From a virus (taxonomy: Duplodnaviria > Caudoviricetes): DNA of 64,000 bases. Of the stretch, positions 48,571-58,267 are shown in pieces. The position numbers and the translations under genes are program-made. Position 1 is the first letter of the stretch, and every line of letters starts with the position of its first letter. Under the pieces are notes generated by a model. That model saw nothing but the letters and a program-made list of their open reading frames with translations, was not told the DNA's origin and searched no databases. The stretch covers positions 19,154 through 83,153 of the IMG/VR virus record IMGVR_UViG_3300012662_000198. One strand, 5' to 3'.

Positions 48571-49618
48571 CGTACGAGCGGAACAGGACGTTCTCGAACT
48601 TGGCTCCACTGGAATGGAATTGGACGTCAGACGTGTTAACCTGCTGGACGATATAGAAGCCCGAGAGCCGAACAGTATGGAAATCTGGTACGGTCACTCC
48701 ATTCTCACGGCAACATTGTTTCCACCTGCCCAACCGTCAGACGACGTGGATTTCGTCAGCAAAACGAACGGACGTTTGGAATACATGCTCGAAGCGGGCG
48801 TGACCGGTGATGGTGGTGACCGTAAACGCCGGTTCCCGTTCGGCAAGTATCCGAGACTGTTGATGGCTTGGATGGCGAAGCAGATTCGTGCGGCGAAAGG
48901 TCATAAGACCAAGAATGTTGACCCTGATACGAAAACCATCACCATTCCAAGCATCTACCAGTTGTGTGAGGAGATGGGATTGCCGCATGGCGGCCGTACC
49001 GCGAAAAGCGTGCAGGAACAGTTGGAACTGTTGTTGGCCTGTCGTATCAGCATTCGAGCTTCCGGCACGGGCAAAGGGTTGAACGTGCGGGATACGGCTT
49101 ATCTGCCTATCGTTCAGGCTGTCCGTATCATCAATGACGAGAAGAACGTCGGCTATTCCGGTGCGACGTTCCGTCTGACCGATGAAGTGTATGAGAGGTT
49201 GAGCCGTGAGTCGGCACCGTTTGACACGAGGGTGTCAACCTACCTGTTGAAGGGCCGGTCAGTCATGCCTTACGACATTTACATTTGGCTGACGGGCAGT
49301 ATGAAGAATCTTCGACATGACCTTCCGGTGAGTTGGGATTGGCTGTATGAGAGGTTCGGAGACCAGATTGCCGTCAAGAAGTCTTTCCGGCGCATGTTCC
49401 GTCAATCGTTGGAAAAGGTCAAGAAGGTTTATCCGGGTTTGAATGTGGAGTGTCCGACTTATGAGGATTATATTATCCTGCATCCGAGTCCGACTTCCGT
49501 TCCTTCCCGTGCCGTCCGTGACGCGGAGGTTGCGGCGACTGATGGCGTTTTTGATGTGGCGATTCGCTCGTTGACCACGGCTCAACGGAATGGTGTTCGA
49601 AAAGCCATGACCAAGTGA
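48563..49618 (+). CDS. repA: Plasmid replication initiator RepA
   Basis: FPFGKYPRLLMAW, SAPFD, YDIYIWL, VSWDWLYERFG, FRRMFRQSLEKVKKVYP. Confidence 0.9.
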   Translation: MSDVRAEQDVLELGSTGMELDVRRVNLLDDIEAREPNSMEIWYGHSILTATLFPPAQPSDDVDFVSKTNGRLEYMLEAGVTGDGGDRKRRFPFGKYPRLLMAWMAKQIRAAKGHKTKNVDPDTKTITIPSIYQLCEEMGLPHGGRTAKSVQEQLELLLACRISIRASGTGKGLNVRDTAYLPIVQAVRIINDEKNVGYSGATFRLTDEVYERLSRESAPFDTRVSTYLLKGRSVMPYDIYIWLTGSMKNLRHDLPVSWDWLYERFGDQIAVKKSFRRMFRQSLEKVKKVYPGLNVECPTYEDYIILHPSPTSVPSRAVRDAEVAATDGVFDVAIRSLTTAQRNGVRKAMTK

Positions 49619-50115
49619 GCGGGAAGCGTGGCCTTTCGGACACCATTCCTAGGAAAGGTGATTGAAAAGCCACGTGCGGCGTGGACTATCGAACATCTTG
49701 GCCCGTGGCTTTTCGGACACCTTCCATTGGCCGAGTGGTGCTTGCGGGCGTGGACTTTCGAACACCTTGCAATTCGACACGGCTATCATCCCCATACCAC
49801 ATTCCATAGTTATCCACTGTATTTTCCTTGATATTCCAACCTTTCAACAAGGTTATCCACTTTTCCACAAGCGGACAGTCGAATCGGACATGGACCATCG
49901 GACACCTTTCATGGCCTTTCAAGCACCATGCGACCCACTCAAGCATGAGGGCGTGGACTATCAAGCACCCTCAGTATGGACTTTCGAACACCTTTATCTG
50001 GGGTTTCCGACACCATTCCGTGGACTATCGGACACCTCGACCTGCGGGAACCGGTTATGGGAGTAAGGCTGACCCCACATGCTTATATATTATGCACTCA
50101 TAGTTTTCTTATAGT
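49592..50115. promoter_or_regulatory. Iteron-type replication origin
   Basis: About 12 copies of a 17-bp RTGGmyTwTCrrrCACC motif (e.g. 49628, 49681, 49705, 49750, 49890, 49911, 49953, 49976, 50020; inverted at 49592 and 49657); DnaA-box-like ttatccact at 49810 and 49853; AT-rich stretch near 50083. Confidence 0.85.
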
Positions 50116-50161
50116 CCTGATTTTCAGCGGGAAGAAACCCCTAGTGCGGAATACTGGACTT

Positions 50162-50665
50162 ATGAGACTCTTATATAAGCTTACCGGAATGTATCGTAAA
50201 GCTCGTTGGCTCATGTGGTTGGGTGGAGCGTTGACCACCACGCTCATTCCCATGATGGGCTACGGCATGCACGCTTTGAATATCGCGAAGGACAAACAGG
50301 AGTTGGCGACAGACAATCCGGAGCTTGCCTCGGAGGAGACCGCAGGGTCCCTGTTTGACTGGATGACCGGCGAGAATGCGGGGAAAATCATTGGAATCAT
50401 TGCGATTCTTGGTATTGTTTTCGTTCTGCTTCTGATTGTCCTGCAAATCTTCTCGTTTATCGGCGCTCGAACGTCAGTGTCCGGAACCGACCGTGATACG
50501 GCCACCAAGGAAGCCAATCGTAGACAAGCGGATTTGGACGAGATGGACGTGGATTCAGAGTCCGAAGACGTGGCTTTTCAAGCACCTTCCCAATCGAAGC
50601 CGAGGAGGAACAGGGAGAATCCCGCTCCCTCCACCGACGATGAGGATGACTGGTTCATTGATTAA
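50162..50665 (+). CDS. Two-TM membrane protein with an acidic tail
   Basis: Two hydrophobic segments; carries an iteron at 50570, with another inverted at 50675. Confidence 0.65.
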   Translation: MRLLYKLTGMYRKARWLMWLGGALTTTLIPMMGYGMHALNIAKDKQELATDNPELASEETAGSLFDWMTGENAGKIIGIIAILGIVFVLLLIVLQIFSFIGARTSVSGTDRDTATKEANRRQADLDEMDVDSESEDVAFQAPSQSKPRRNRENPAPSTDDEDDWFID

Positions 50666-50750
50666 CAAGACAATGGTGCTTGAAAAGCCACGTATTTTGG
50701 CGGACTGATATATAGGAAAAGGGTCACCAAGTATCCGTGCGACCCTTTTC

Positions 50751-51072
50751 CTATGCCTTCTTTTCCTGTGCTTTCCTCAACCGTACAGACAATTCGGCTA
50801 GTCCGTCGATAATCTTGTCCTCCTCCACGGTTTTCTTACCACCGGCTTTTCCAGTCCGGAACCGTCGCTCGCATTCGCCCATGCCCTTACGAATATCATC
50901 ATTGGTGATGCCGTAGGCGATGGCGAACGTTCCCAACGTTTCCACCACGTCGCAGAACTCTTCGACCATCCGGTCGTAGAGTTGATGGTCGGAAGTGCCG
51001 TCGGCGACCCAATCAGCGCCTACTGCGGCGAGTTCCGCAGACTCTTCCACCAGTTTCCGCCATCGTTTTGTC
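50751..51072 (-). pseudogene. MazG-like nucleotide pyrophosphohydrolase, 5'-truncated by IS
   Basis: KLVEESAEL...MVEEFCDVVETL (EExxE/EExxD motifs). Confidence 0.7.
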
Positions 51073-51106
51073 GTGAGGGTACACCGTCCTTTAGGGCGGC
51101 GGTGAA

Positions 51107-51523
51107 TCACGCTGGCCTGTTCTGGTTTTCTATATATCGTTTCAACGTGTCCAACGGTGCCCCTCCCGATGTTCCGGCGTAGTAGCTTGGAGACCAGAGT
51201 CTTTGGGCTTTCCAATAATGTTGAGCGAGTTCGGGATAGTCGCGTCGCATGTATCTGCTGGATACTCCTTTGAGACTGTTCACGAGTCGGCTGAGTTCCA
51301 CGGTCGGAGGGAATGATACGAGCAAGTGGACGTGGTTCGTTTCGCCGTTGAATTCCTCCAACCGGCAGTCGAATGACGCGCATACGTCGGAGAATATGCG
51401 TTCCAATGCTTTCAGATGTTCGTCGGAGAACACTTCATGCCGGTATTTGGTGACGAAGACCAAATGGACATGCATGTCATAAACACAGTGCCGCCCCTTG
51501 CGAATATCGGTTGTCTTATCCAT
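51107..51523 (-). CDS. tnpA: Y1 HUH transposase TnpA
   Basis: HVHLVFVTKYR, NHVHLL, LWSPSYY, RYIENQ. Confidence 0.95.
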   Translation of the reverse strand: MDKTTDIRKGRHCVYDMHVHLVFVTKYRHEVFSDEHLKALERIFSDVCASFDCRLEEFNGETNHVHLLVSFPPTVELSRLVNSLKGVSSRYMRRDYPELAQHYWKAQRLWSPSYYAGTSGGAPLDTLKRYIENQNRPA

Positions 51524-51546
51524 GTAGACCAAGTATAATACCAAGT

Positions 51547-52833
51547 ATGAGCACGTACAGGCGATACAACTATCGCGCATACCCCACGCAGGGTCAGCGC
51601 GAATCGTTGTCATGCCTGTTCGGCGCGTGCAGGTACGCCTACAATTGGACGCTTGACCAGCGCGAGTCCATGCGCCGCCGACACGGGCGGATGCAGTCGT
51701 ATTCGCAATTGAGTGGCATGTTCACCCTGTGGAAGCGGGAACCCGGAATGGAATGGCTCACCTCCGTGTCGTCCACGCCGTTGCAACAGGCAATACGACA
51801 CGCGGACTCGGCGTACCGGAATTTCTTCCGCCTGTACAAGGCGGGTAAGACCCGTGTCGCGACCAATCATCACACCGGGAAAAAGCATCGCACGGGACTG
51901 CCCCGCTATAAGAGCCGTAGGGACGGAGAGCAATCGGCCGAGTTCACCAAATCCGCCCGCTTCAGAATCGAACATGCCGACGGATGCAAGTGGTGGTTCC
52001 TCTCGTTGCCGAAAATCGGACGCGTCAAACTCCGTTGGACAAGAAACCTCCCGTCCAAACCATCCACCGTCACCATCATGAAACACGCGGACGGAACCTA
52101 TGAGGCGAGCTTCACCGTACAAGCGGAACCCGAGGCCAACGTCCCGAAGCCAGTCCACGACGCGTGCGGAGTGGATATGGGTCTCGAATACCTCATGAGC
52201 ATCGTCTACACGGACGGCACACGGGAGAAGATACCCCACCCGCACACGCTAAAACACAAGGCCCGCAGACTACGCAAGATTGACAAGAAACTGGCCCGAA
52301 CGAAGAAAGGCTCACACAACAATGCGAAGACAAGAATCCTGAAAGCCAAGACCTACGGGCGAATCCGAAACCAACGCAAGGACATGGCGTACAAGCTGGC
52401 ATCCAAAGTGGCGGGCGAGAACCAAGCCGTCGCATTGGAGACGTTGAACGTCAAAGGACTCGCACGCACCCGTATGGCGAAAAGCCTGTTGGATGCGGAT
52501 TGGACCCGAATCATCGACCGGATACGGCAATTGGGCATCCAGTATGGAAGAACCATCGTCCAGATAGACCGCTGGTATCCCAGCAGTCAAATCTGCTCAC
52601 AATGCGGACGCAGGGACGGCAGGAAGCCGTTAAGCGTACGCGAATGGGATTGCCCCCAATGCGGTGCGCGGCTCGACCGAGACTGGAACGCCGCATTGAA
52701 CATACTCGACGCGGCAGGACTTGCCGAGTCGCTAAACGCCTGTGGAGGCGACGTAAGACGGAGGCTGGCGCAAGCCGACCGCAACGCGGACGCCAGTGAA
52801 ACAGGAACCCACCGAACTGCACGGCTTCATTAA
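51547..52833 (+). CDS. tnpB: TnpB RNA-guided endonuclease
   Basis: YNYRAYPT..FGACRYAYN; GVDMG, LETL and DRDWNAALNI motifs; zinc finger. Confidence 0.95.
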   Translation: MSTYRRYNYRAYPTQGQRESLSCLFGACRYAYNWTLDQRESMRRRHGRMQSYSQLSGMFTLWKREPGMEWLTSVSSTPLQQAIRHADSAYRNFFRLYKAGKTRVATNHHTGKKHRTGLPRYKSRRDGEQSAEFTKSARFRIEHADGCKWWFLSLPKIGRVKLRWTRNLPSKPSTVTIMKHADGTYEASFTVQAEPEANVPKPVHDACGVDMGLEYLMSIVYTDGTREKIPHPHTLKHKARRLRKIDKKLARTKKGSHNNAKTRILKAKTYGRIRNQRKDMAYKLASKVAGENQAVALETLNVKGLARTRMAKSLLDADWTRIIDRIRQLGIQYGRTIVQIDRWYPSSQICSQCGRRDGRKPLSVREWDCPQCGARLDRDWNAALNILDAAGLAESLNACGGDVRRRLAQADRNADASETGTHRTARLH

Positions 52834-52961
52834 TCCAAACAGCGTAGGAATCCCCCGCCTTCAGGCGGGGGAGGAAGTCAAACAGGAACCCACCGAACTG
52901 CACGGCTTCATTAAGCCAAACAGCGTAGGAATCCCCCGCCTTCAGGCGGGGAGGAAGTCAA
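52801..52961 (+). repeat. Tandem duplication (81 + 80 bp) of the IS right end / omegaRNA 3' segment
   Basis: acaggaacccaccgaactgcacggcttcattaa(t/g)ccaaacagcgtaggaatcccccgccttcaggcgggg(g)aggaagtcaa x2. Confidence 0.95.
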
Positions 52962-53437
52962 TGACGGTCGGACGGTTGGGTGTATTCCGGTGAGAAGGTT
53001 CGGACGGTGCCGAGACTCGCGACTTCGGAATCATCCAGTTCGGAGGATTCTCCGATGAACTTGTATCCGGGATTCTTGGCGCAATAATCGCGCACGTCAC
53101 GCAACCATTGGATAGCGTTGGGGATACTCCCCCAGCTGATGACCTTCCCATCCTTGCCGAGGAAGTATTTCTGCTCCAACTCGTCAATGGAATGTTTTCC
53201 GATTTCCTCCAAAGCCTTGTCCAGCATGTCTTTCACCACGATGGCGGACTTGCCGTGCAGGTCGGTCGTGGGACGTACGTGGAACGCTTGGAAGAATTCG
53301 GAATAGTTGTGCGTCGGATTGCAGTACGTGCCAACCATGTCAACATACATCAGTCCACGGTCCTGCCAATCACAGGCGACCATGAACGCCAACTCGTCCG
53401 GAACGTCGGAACGGACTATCGCAACATCGTAACTCAA
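52958..53437 (-). CDS. Hypothetical protein
   Basis: TTG start after RBS gagga; stop codon overlaps the IS end. Confidence 0.55.
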   Translation of the reverse strand: MSYDVAIVRSDVPDELAFMVACDWQDRGLMYVDMVGTYCNPTHNYSEFFQAFHVRPTTDLHGKSAIVVKDMLDKALEEIGKHSIDELEQKYFLGKDGKVISWGSIPNAIQWLRDVRDYCAKNPGYKFIGESSELDDSEVASLGTVRTFSPEYTQPSDRH

Positions 53438-54177
53438 ATCGCACCTATCCTCTTGAAAAGAGACCAACAGAACATGAAGCAAAGAATCGTCGCGGCGACG
53501 ATGAACGCGACCATCAGGGCGACGGCCAAATGGTAGAGGAACCGCCAACAGTAGATTCTTACTCCCAGCCAGCGTCGTATTCCCCGCGAATACGTATTTT
53601 TCAATACGGCTTTTTCCAAAATCGTGATGGAACGGTTGAACAATACCGCCATAGCATGTGACATGAGCGCTCCGGCTATACAGCCGATGCTCAAGACCAG
53701 TCGGACGAGTATGCCAGCCATTTTATCGTCTAATCCTCTAAGTTGAGTACCGCCAGCTCGCAGTCCAACCTTCGGGCGATGTCCATTTTGGTGCCCAAGA
53801 GTCGGAATTGCGGGCCGACGGCGGTTCCGTTTTTGTATTTTTGGGCGACCATGTTCGACTGTATGTGGATGATGTTTTCAGCATGCTTGTACCGCCACAC
53901 GTTGCCTCCGCCTTCACGGTCGAGAGTCATTCGCATGCCACGGTAGTAGTCCACATTATCGTACAGGTCTCTTGGTGTCAGGGTTTCATTCCGCATCGAG
54001 CATTCCAATCCATTTCTCCAATTCGTTTCGGTCGATGGAGAACTGTTTATGTTCGGTGCAGTCGGAAAAGTCGATGGTCAGATACGGTCTTCCCTGATGG
54101 ATGTCGGAGGACACGCGAATGGTGTCACTAGCCAGTCCACCATGCTCGTGCATGAGCTTGTAATACATTTTGTCCAT
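53434..54177 (-). CDS. Three small hypothetical ORFs (53434-53721 membrane, 53730-54008, 53986-54177)
   Basis: Tightly packed, same strand. Confidence 0.5.
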
Positions 54178-54208
54178 AACCTGTCGTCTTTTCCTTTCAG
54201 TATTCGAT

Positions 54209-54442
54209 TCAGGAGAGTTTTACGAGAATCCCGTAAGTGATGATGAGTGCGAACCAGAGGATTGTCACTACGACCGTCCAACGGTCCAAGTTCTTTTCCG
54301 CCACGCCGGAACTCCCGGCTGAACCGGTCAACGATTCAGCGAAATTCGAGAAGCCGCCGCCCTTGCCTTTGTGCATGAGAATCAACGGGACGAGCATGAG
54401 GCTCAATACGGCGATGATGGCGAGGATGATGTGTTTCAGCAT
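54209..54442 (-). CDS. secG: Preprotein translocase subunit SecG
   Basis: LILMHKGKGGGFSNF..SLTGSAGSSGVAEKNLDRWT between two TM helices. Confidence 0.92.
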   Translation of the reverse strand: MLKHIILAIIAVLSLMLVPLILMHKGKGGGFSNFAESLTGSAGSSGVAEKNLDRWTVVVTILWFALIITYGILVKLS

Positions 54443-55110
54443 GATGTGTCCTTCTTTGGTTCGTATTCGTCGGGGATGGTCGTCCACCGGATGATTTCGG
54501 CGGGCGTGCACAGGTCGTCCGTCTCATAGGGTTCGGCATCCAATACCGCTTTTGAACAGGCGACGGTCTCGCGCAGCTGTTGGGCGCTTACCCGACTGCA
54601 CATGGTGAGCCGTGCGAACGCGCCGTCCGTTGTGTGTTCAAGCCAGACCGCGCGCCACAATCCGACGACGTGTCCGCCGTCCGGGCTGTGGTCGCACCAC
54701 AGGTCGGCGTGTCTCGCGCACCAGCGGGAGCCGTCCACGGTAGGCCTGCCGCACACGCCATCCAAGTCGAGATACCGGCAATGGCCGTCAATGTCCATGT
54801 TCTCCTGACGTTGCCGTTCGGGGTCGAACGCGGCCAATTGTTTTCGGGTGTCGTCGGCGCGACGGCGCAACCGTGCGGCACGGTCGGCCATGGTTGACAG
54901 GGAGGACGCGGCCGACGTGATGACTTCGATGCCGTCCAACCTAGTGATGGGAAGGTGGGCGAGCCGGTCACGCAGTATCCACGTGCGGCTCAACGCCCGC
55001 CGATAACGGTGTTCCCAGAACCTGCGGTCGGCGTCCAGCCGTCTGAACCTACGGTCGATGTAGTCCTCCACTAGTCGGTCTCCTTCCCGTGGAATGTCAG
55101 GGTCCTCCAT
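54436..55110 (-). CDS. Hypothetical Cys-rich protein
   Basis: 224-aa ORF with several CxxC-like pairs. Confidence 0.55.
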   Translation of the reverse strand: MEDPDIPREGDRLVEDYIDRRFRRLDADRRFWEHRYRRALSRTWILRDRLAHLPITRLDGIEVITSAASSLSTMADRAARLRRRADDTRKQLAAFDPERQRQENMDIDGHCRYLDLDGVCGRPTVDGSRWCARHADLWCDHSPDGGHVVGLWRAVWLEHTTDGAFARLTMCSRVSAQQLRETVACSKAVLDAEPYETDDLCTPAEIIRWTTIPDEYEPKKDTSC

Positions 55111-55484
55111 CCGCTTGCGAGACGCCAGTGTTCGCCCGGCAAACGCATAAGCAACGGTTGGAAGATGCCTTCGATGATAAGCTGGTCGAGCGAGCCGCGA
55201 ATGGAGACCGTCCGGCCATACACGATGGTGCCGTCATTGGTTTCGGCTTCGACCATGCGGCCGTCCAGTTCCTTCAAACCGGCGCTCTCCCAGTCAAAAT
55301 CGGCGGGCCTGTCCTCCTGCGAGTCCAATGCGGCTTTGGCGAGGCGGCGGAAACTGTCGCGTACCGCGTCCTGCTGCCTGTTCCAGAGGGCTTCGGCCTC
55401 CTCCATGTTCGGGTTCGGCTCCGCCCAGTTCGTCTGGATGGCGAAAATGGCTTTCGCGGCCCGTTCGACGCTTTCATCGTCCAT
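55071..55484 (-). CDS. Hypothetical protein
   Basis: RBS gaaagga; ESVERAAKAI motif like the tail of the Clp-N proteins. Confidence 0.6.
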   Translation of the reverse strand: MDDESVERAAKAIFAIQTNWAEPNPNMEEAEALWNRQQDAVRDSFRRLAKAALDSQEDRPADFDWESAGLKELDGRMVEAETNDGTIVYGRTVSIRGSLDQLIIEGIFQPLLMRLPGEHWRLASGWRTLTFHGKETD

Positions 55485-55634
55485 TTGTCTTTCCTTTCGG
55501 GTTAATCAGCGTTCGCGTGCAGTCCGAAAATCGGCGTCAGGGTCGGCCTCAATCGTTCAGGCAGGTGAAACACATTTTCCTCAAGCGTTGAGCGAAGCCG
55601 ATTGGGACGGTATTCGGAAGGCGAGAGTAGATGG

Positions 55635-56585
55635 TCAGTCTTCCGATTTAGTAAGCGAGGATAGGTCGGTATCGTTGAGAATGTTTCTCGGCGGGCCGAA
55701 GGACGTGAACGTTTTCCGCCATGCGTCGGCGGTCGTGACCTCCACATGGCCGGGAAATTCGGTTCCCTCCATGACGCCATACGTGCCACGTTTGGTGCGG
55801 GTCAGCAGGATGACGGGCTGGACGGTTATGCCTTCCGGCCTCGACAGTAGTTTCTTCACCGCGTCTGTAGCCCATGCCATGTTGCCGGACGCATGGTAGG
55901 CCTTGAGTGGTGTGGCGCGTGCCATTGCGGATGCGGGCACGTCCATCTTCGTTTCGTGCGAATCGTAAGCGTATAGTTCGCCCGCCTTGGATTGGCTACC
56001 CAGAATACCCGTGGGTGTGAGGTACGAGTCTGGACGGACGGGAGAATAATGCTTCGCGTCCAACAGCCATATCTGCGAGCCGGTCATGATGATGCAGTCA
56101 ATGTCCGTGTTTCCGGTGCTGTCACCCGGATTGACGCAGGAAAAGTAGACATGCGCGTCCCCCAGTTCGCCTCTACGGTTCATGTCCGCGAGCATGTGGG
56201 CCAACACGACCTCACCGGCCACGCCCGCTTGCACATTGTGTTTGTTCATGCCCGCGTCAACGCCACCGGACTTCAATCCGCTTGCCGGACGCCCGTATAC
56301 GTTGGGCGAGTTCAGGAACGCTTGATACTCCTTGTCGGACACGCCATAATTCACGTCGGTGGACGTGTTGGGGTATACGGCGACACGCATGTTTTTCTCG
56401 GACAACGTGGGATACCGGTTCGCCACGGGAGGCGTATGCGTTTTGTTGTCGGTGTGCGGCGGCGTCTTCTTCGTGTCGGTCGCCGTGCATGAGCAGTAGA
56501 GAAGGAACAGAACAATGGCCGCCCATATCCAATGTCCGTTCAGGAGCAGGATGAAGGCGATGATACCTAATAACAGATTAAACAT
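55635..56585 (-). CDS. Membrane-anchored NERD-domain (nuclease-related) protein
   Basis: Two N-terminal TMs; GVAGEVVLA...TDIDCIIM..IWLLDAKHY. Confidence 0.8.
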   Translation of the reverse strand: MFNLLLGIIAFILLLNGHWIWAAIVLFLLYCSCTATDTKKTPPHTDNKTHTPPVANRYPTLSEKNMRVAVYPNTSTDVNYGVSDKEYQAFLNSPNVYGRPASGLKSGGVDAGMNKHNVQAGVAGEVVLAHMLADMNRRGELGDAHVYFSCVNPGDSTGNTDIDCIIMTGSQIWLLDAKHYSPVRPDSYLTPTGILGSQSKAGELYAYDSHETKMDVPASAMARATPLKAYHASGNMAWATDAVKKLLSRPEGITVQPVILLTRTKRGTYGVMEGTEFPGHVEVTTADAWRKTFTSFGPPRNILNDTDLSSLTKSED

Positions 56586-56662
56586 GTCATTCCTTTAGCG
56601 GTCAATCCATTTGTGAATAGCTAAGATGTGAAAGATGGACCGGTGTCGTGGTGTTTCATATG

Positions 56663-56866
56663 TCAGCCGAACACCCATAGGGTCGTCTTGCCCAAGCCGA
56701 AGTCCATGCCGGTGACGAGCGCCATCAGCGTCATCACGAACACGAACACGGCGGCGCACCAGACCGCCCATTCGACCACGGTCGGCGTGACCACCTTGCG
56801 GATTTCCGCGACCGTCTGACGGACGAACCGTCCGATACGCGTGAACGGGTTTGTTTTCTCAGCCAA
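56663..56866 (-). CDS. secE: Preprotein translocase subunit SecE
   Basis: TTG start after ggaagga; FVRQTVAEIRKVVTPT amphipathic motif, one TM, DFGLGK..LWVFG. Confidence 0.9.
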   Translation of the reverse strand: MAEKTNPFTRIGRFVRQTVAEIRKVVTPTVVEWAVWCAAVFVFVMTLMALVTGMDFGLGKTTLWVFG

Positions 56867-57284
56867 CGTATTCTCCTTCCAACAGGAATCTCGTATCGTC
56901 CTCCATGTTTTCGGCGACGCGACGCCGCACATCCAGCACGGACGTGACGTAATCATCCAAACGGCATGACAGTTCCATGTCGCCGTTGCTTTCCGCCAAC
57001 ACGACCATCGCGCCCAGAAACGTGGAGTACGGTGTGGTGGTGATTGGCTCGTAATAGCCGCCGAACAGCCACAACGGCTCATACCGGCGTCCGCCGTCAT
57101 CGAGGATGATGCGGCAGACAAGCCCGTAATCGCGGCCATCGACCATGACTTGCAGATGCGTTTCCATCGGCGAGATTGGCGTATATGACGGGACTCGTAT
57201 TCGTTTCAGGAACGGCTTGTACCGTTCATGCAGCTCCCCCAGTTCGACGTCCGCCCAACCGATTGAGAGCAATCCCTTAGCCAT
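56859..57284 (-). CDS. Hypothetical protein, paralogue of 57489-57926
   Basis: QVMVDGRDYGLV vs QVVVNGRDYGIV; LSCRLDDYV vs LASQLTDYI. Confidence 0.7.
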   Translation of the reverse strand: MAKGLLSIGWADVELGELHERYKPFLKRIRVPSYTPISPMETHLQVMVDGRDYGLVCRIILDDGGRRYEPLWLFGGYYEPITTTPYSTFLGAMVVLAESNGDMELSCRLDDYVTSVLDVRRRVAENMEDDTRFLLEGEYVG

Positions 57285-57488
57285 AGATTTCCTTCCATTC
57301 GATGAGTCCGTCGATGAGTTTCGCAGCGGTACGATTGTCCAAATACTTCTTTTCCAAGTCTTCCCTATAGCGTTCGACCGGAGGGCAGTTTTCGAGGTTT
57401 TTCACGTTGCTGATGTCCGACTGGTTGGTGAGTGTAAGAATCAGTTTGACCTGCGCTTCCGTGGCATGGCGTCGCCTTCCCGCGTAAA

Positions 57489-57926
57489 TCATCGGTCCAC
57501 TCCCAGCAGGTCTTTGGTGTTCTTCCGCAGTTGGGCGGACGCGAGTTCATACACTTGGGAGACAGCGATGATGTAGTCGGTCAGTTGGGACGCGAGTTCG
57601 TTATCGTGGTGGCGGCGTGCCATTTCGCATACGGCGTCGATTGCGGAATCGTGGAAGATGTCGGAAATGGGTTCGATGTAGTTGCCGTCGGCCATGAGGG
57701 CGCGGTATTCGAAATGCTTCCCGCAGTTGATTTCACGGACTATTCCGTAGTCCCGTCCGTTGACTACGACTTGATAGTCTTTGGTTTTGCCGGAGGATTG
57801 CGTGTAGCGGGGGAAGTGGATTCCCGACAGGCTTGCCGAATACTGGTCTTGTATCATTGCCAGTTCTTCGTCCACCCAGCCAAGGGAGCGAAGCTGGATG
57901 GGTTTGGCTGTTTTCTTTTCTTCCAA
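57489..57926 (-). CDS. Hypothetical protein
   Basis: TTG start after RBS aggagg; promoter motif at 57953. Confidence 0.7.
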   Translation of the reverse strand: MEEKKTAKPIQLRSLGWVDEELAMIQDQYSASLSGIHFPRYTQSSGKTKDYQVVVNGRDYGIVREINCGKHFEYRALMADGNYIEPISDIFHDSAIDAVCEMARRHHDNELASQLTDYIIAVSQVYELASAQLRKNTKDLLGVDR

Positions 57927-57980
57927 CGTTTTCCTCCTAAAGAATGCTTATGTGTGGACTCCCCCAGTATAGCAGAGTTT

Positions 57981-58262
57981 TCAGGAAGCGAGAACAGTCA
58001 CAGACCTGAACAGCGAGTCGGACAGCATGTTAGGTCCACCCTTGACGGAAGCAATCACATACTGGGGCAGATTCCTGAAATTAACACTCTCCACGTAAAC
58101 GCCTTCAGGATTCCCCTCGACGTGATATTCAAGCCGTCCATCGATGACGGTTCCACCCACAGTGACCGCGATGGCCCTCAAATCGCCCAACGCGTTAAGG
58201 GGCTTGTGCCGCCAATCCACAGTCTCGTGGGCTTCAGTACGAACACGCTCACCCATCTTCAA
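57981..58262 (-). CDS. Hypothetical protein
   Basis: RBS ggag; 93 aa. Confidence 0.55.
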   Translation of the reverse strand: MKMGERVRTEAHETVDWRHKPLNALGDLRAIAVTVGGTVIDGRLEYHVEGNPEGVYVESVNFRNLPQYVIASVKGGPNMLSDSLFRSVTVLAS

Positions 58263-58267
58263 CTCTC

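Larger units (their letters stand above)
51073..52961 (+). mobile_element. IS605-type element (divergent tnpA/tnpB) with a duplicated right end
   Basis: Left hairpin at 51082-51104 (boundary approximate); right ends ...ggaggaagTCAA at 52881 and 52961. Confidence 0.88.
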
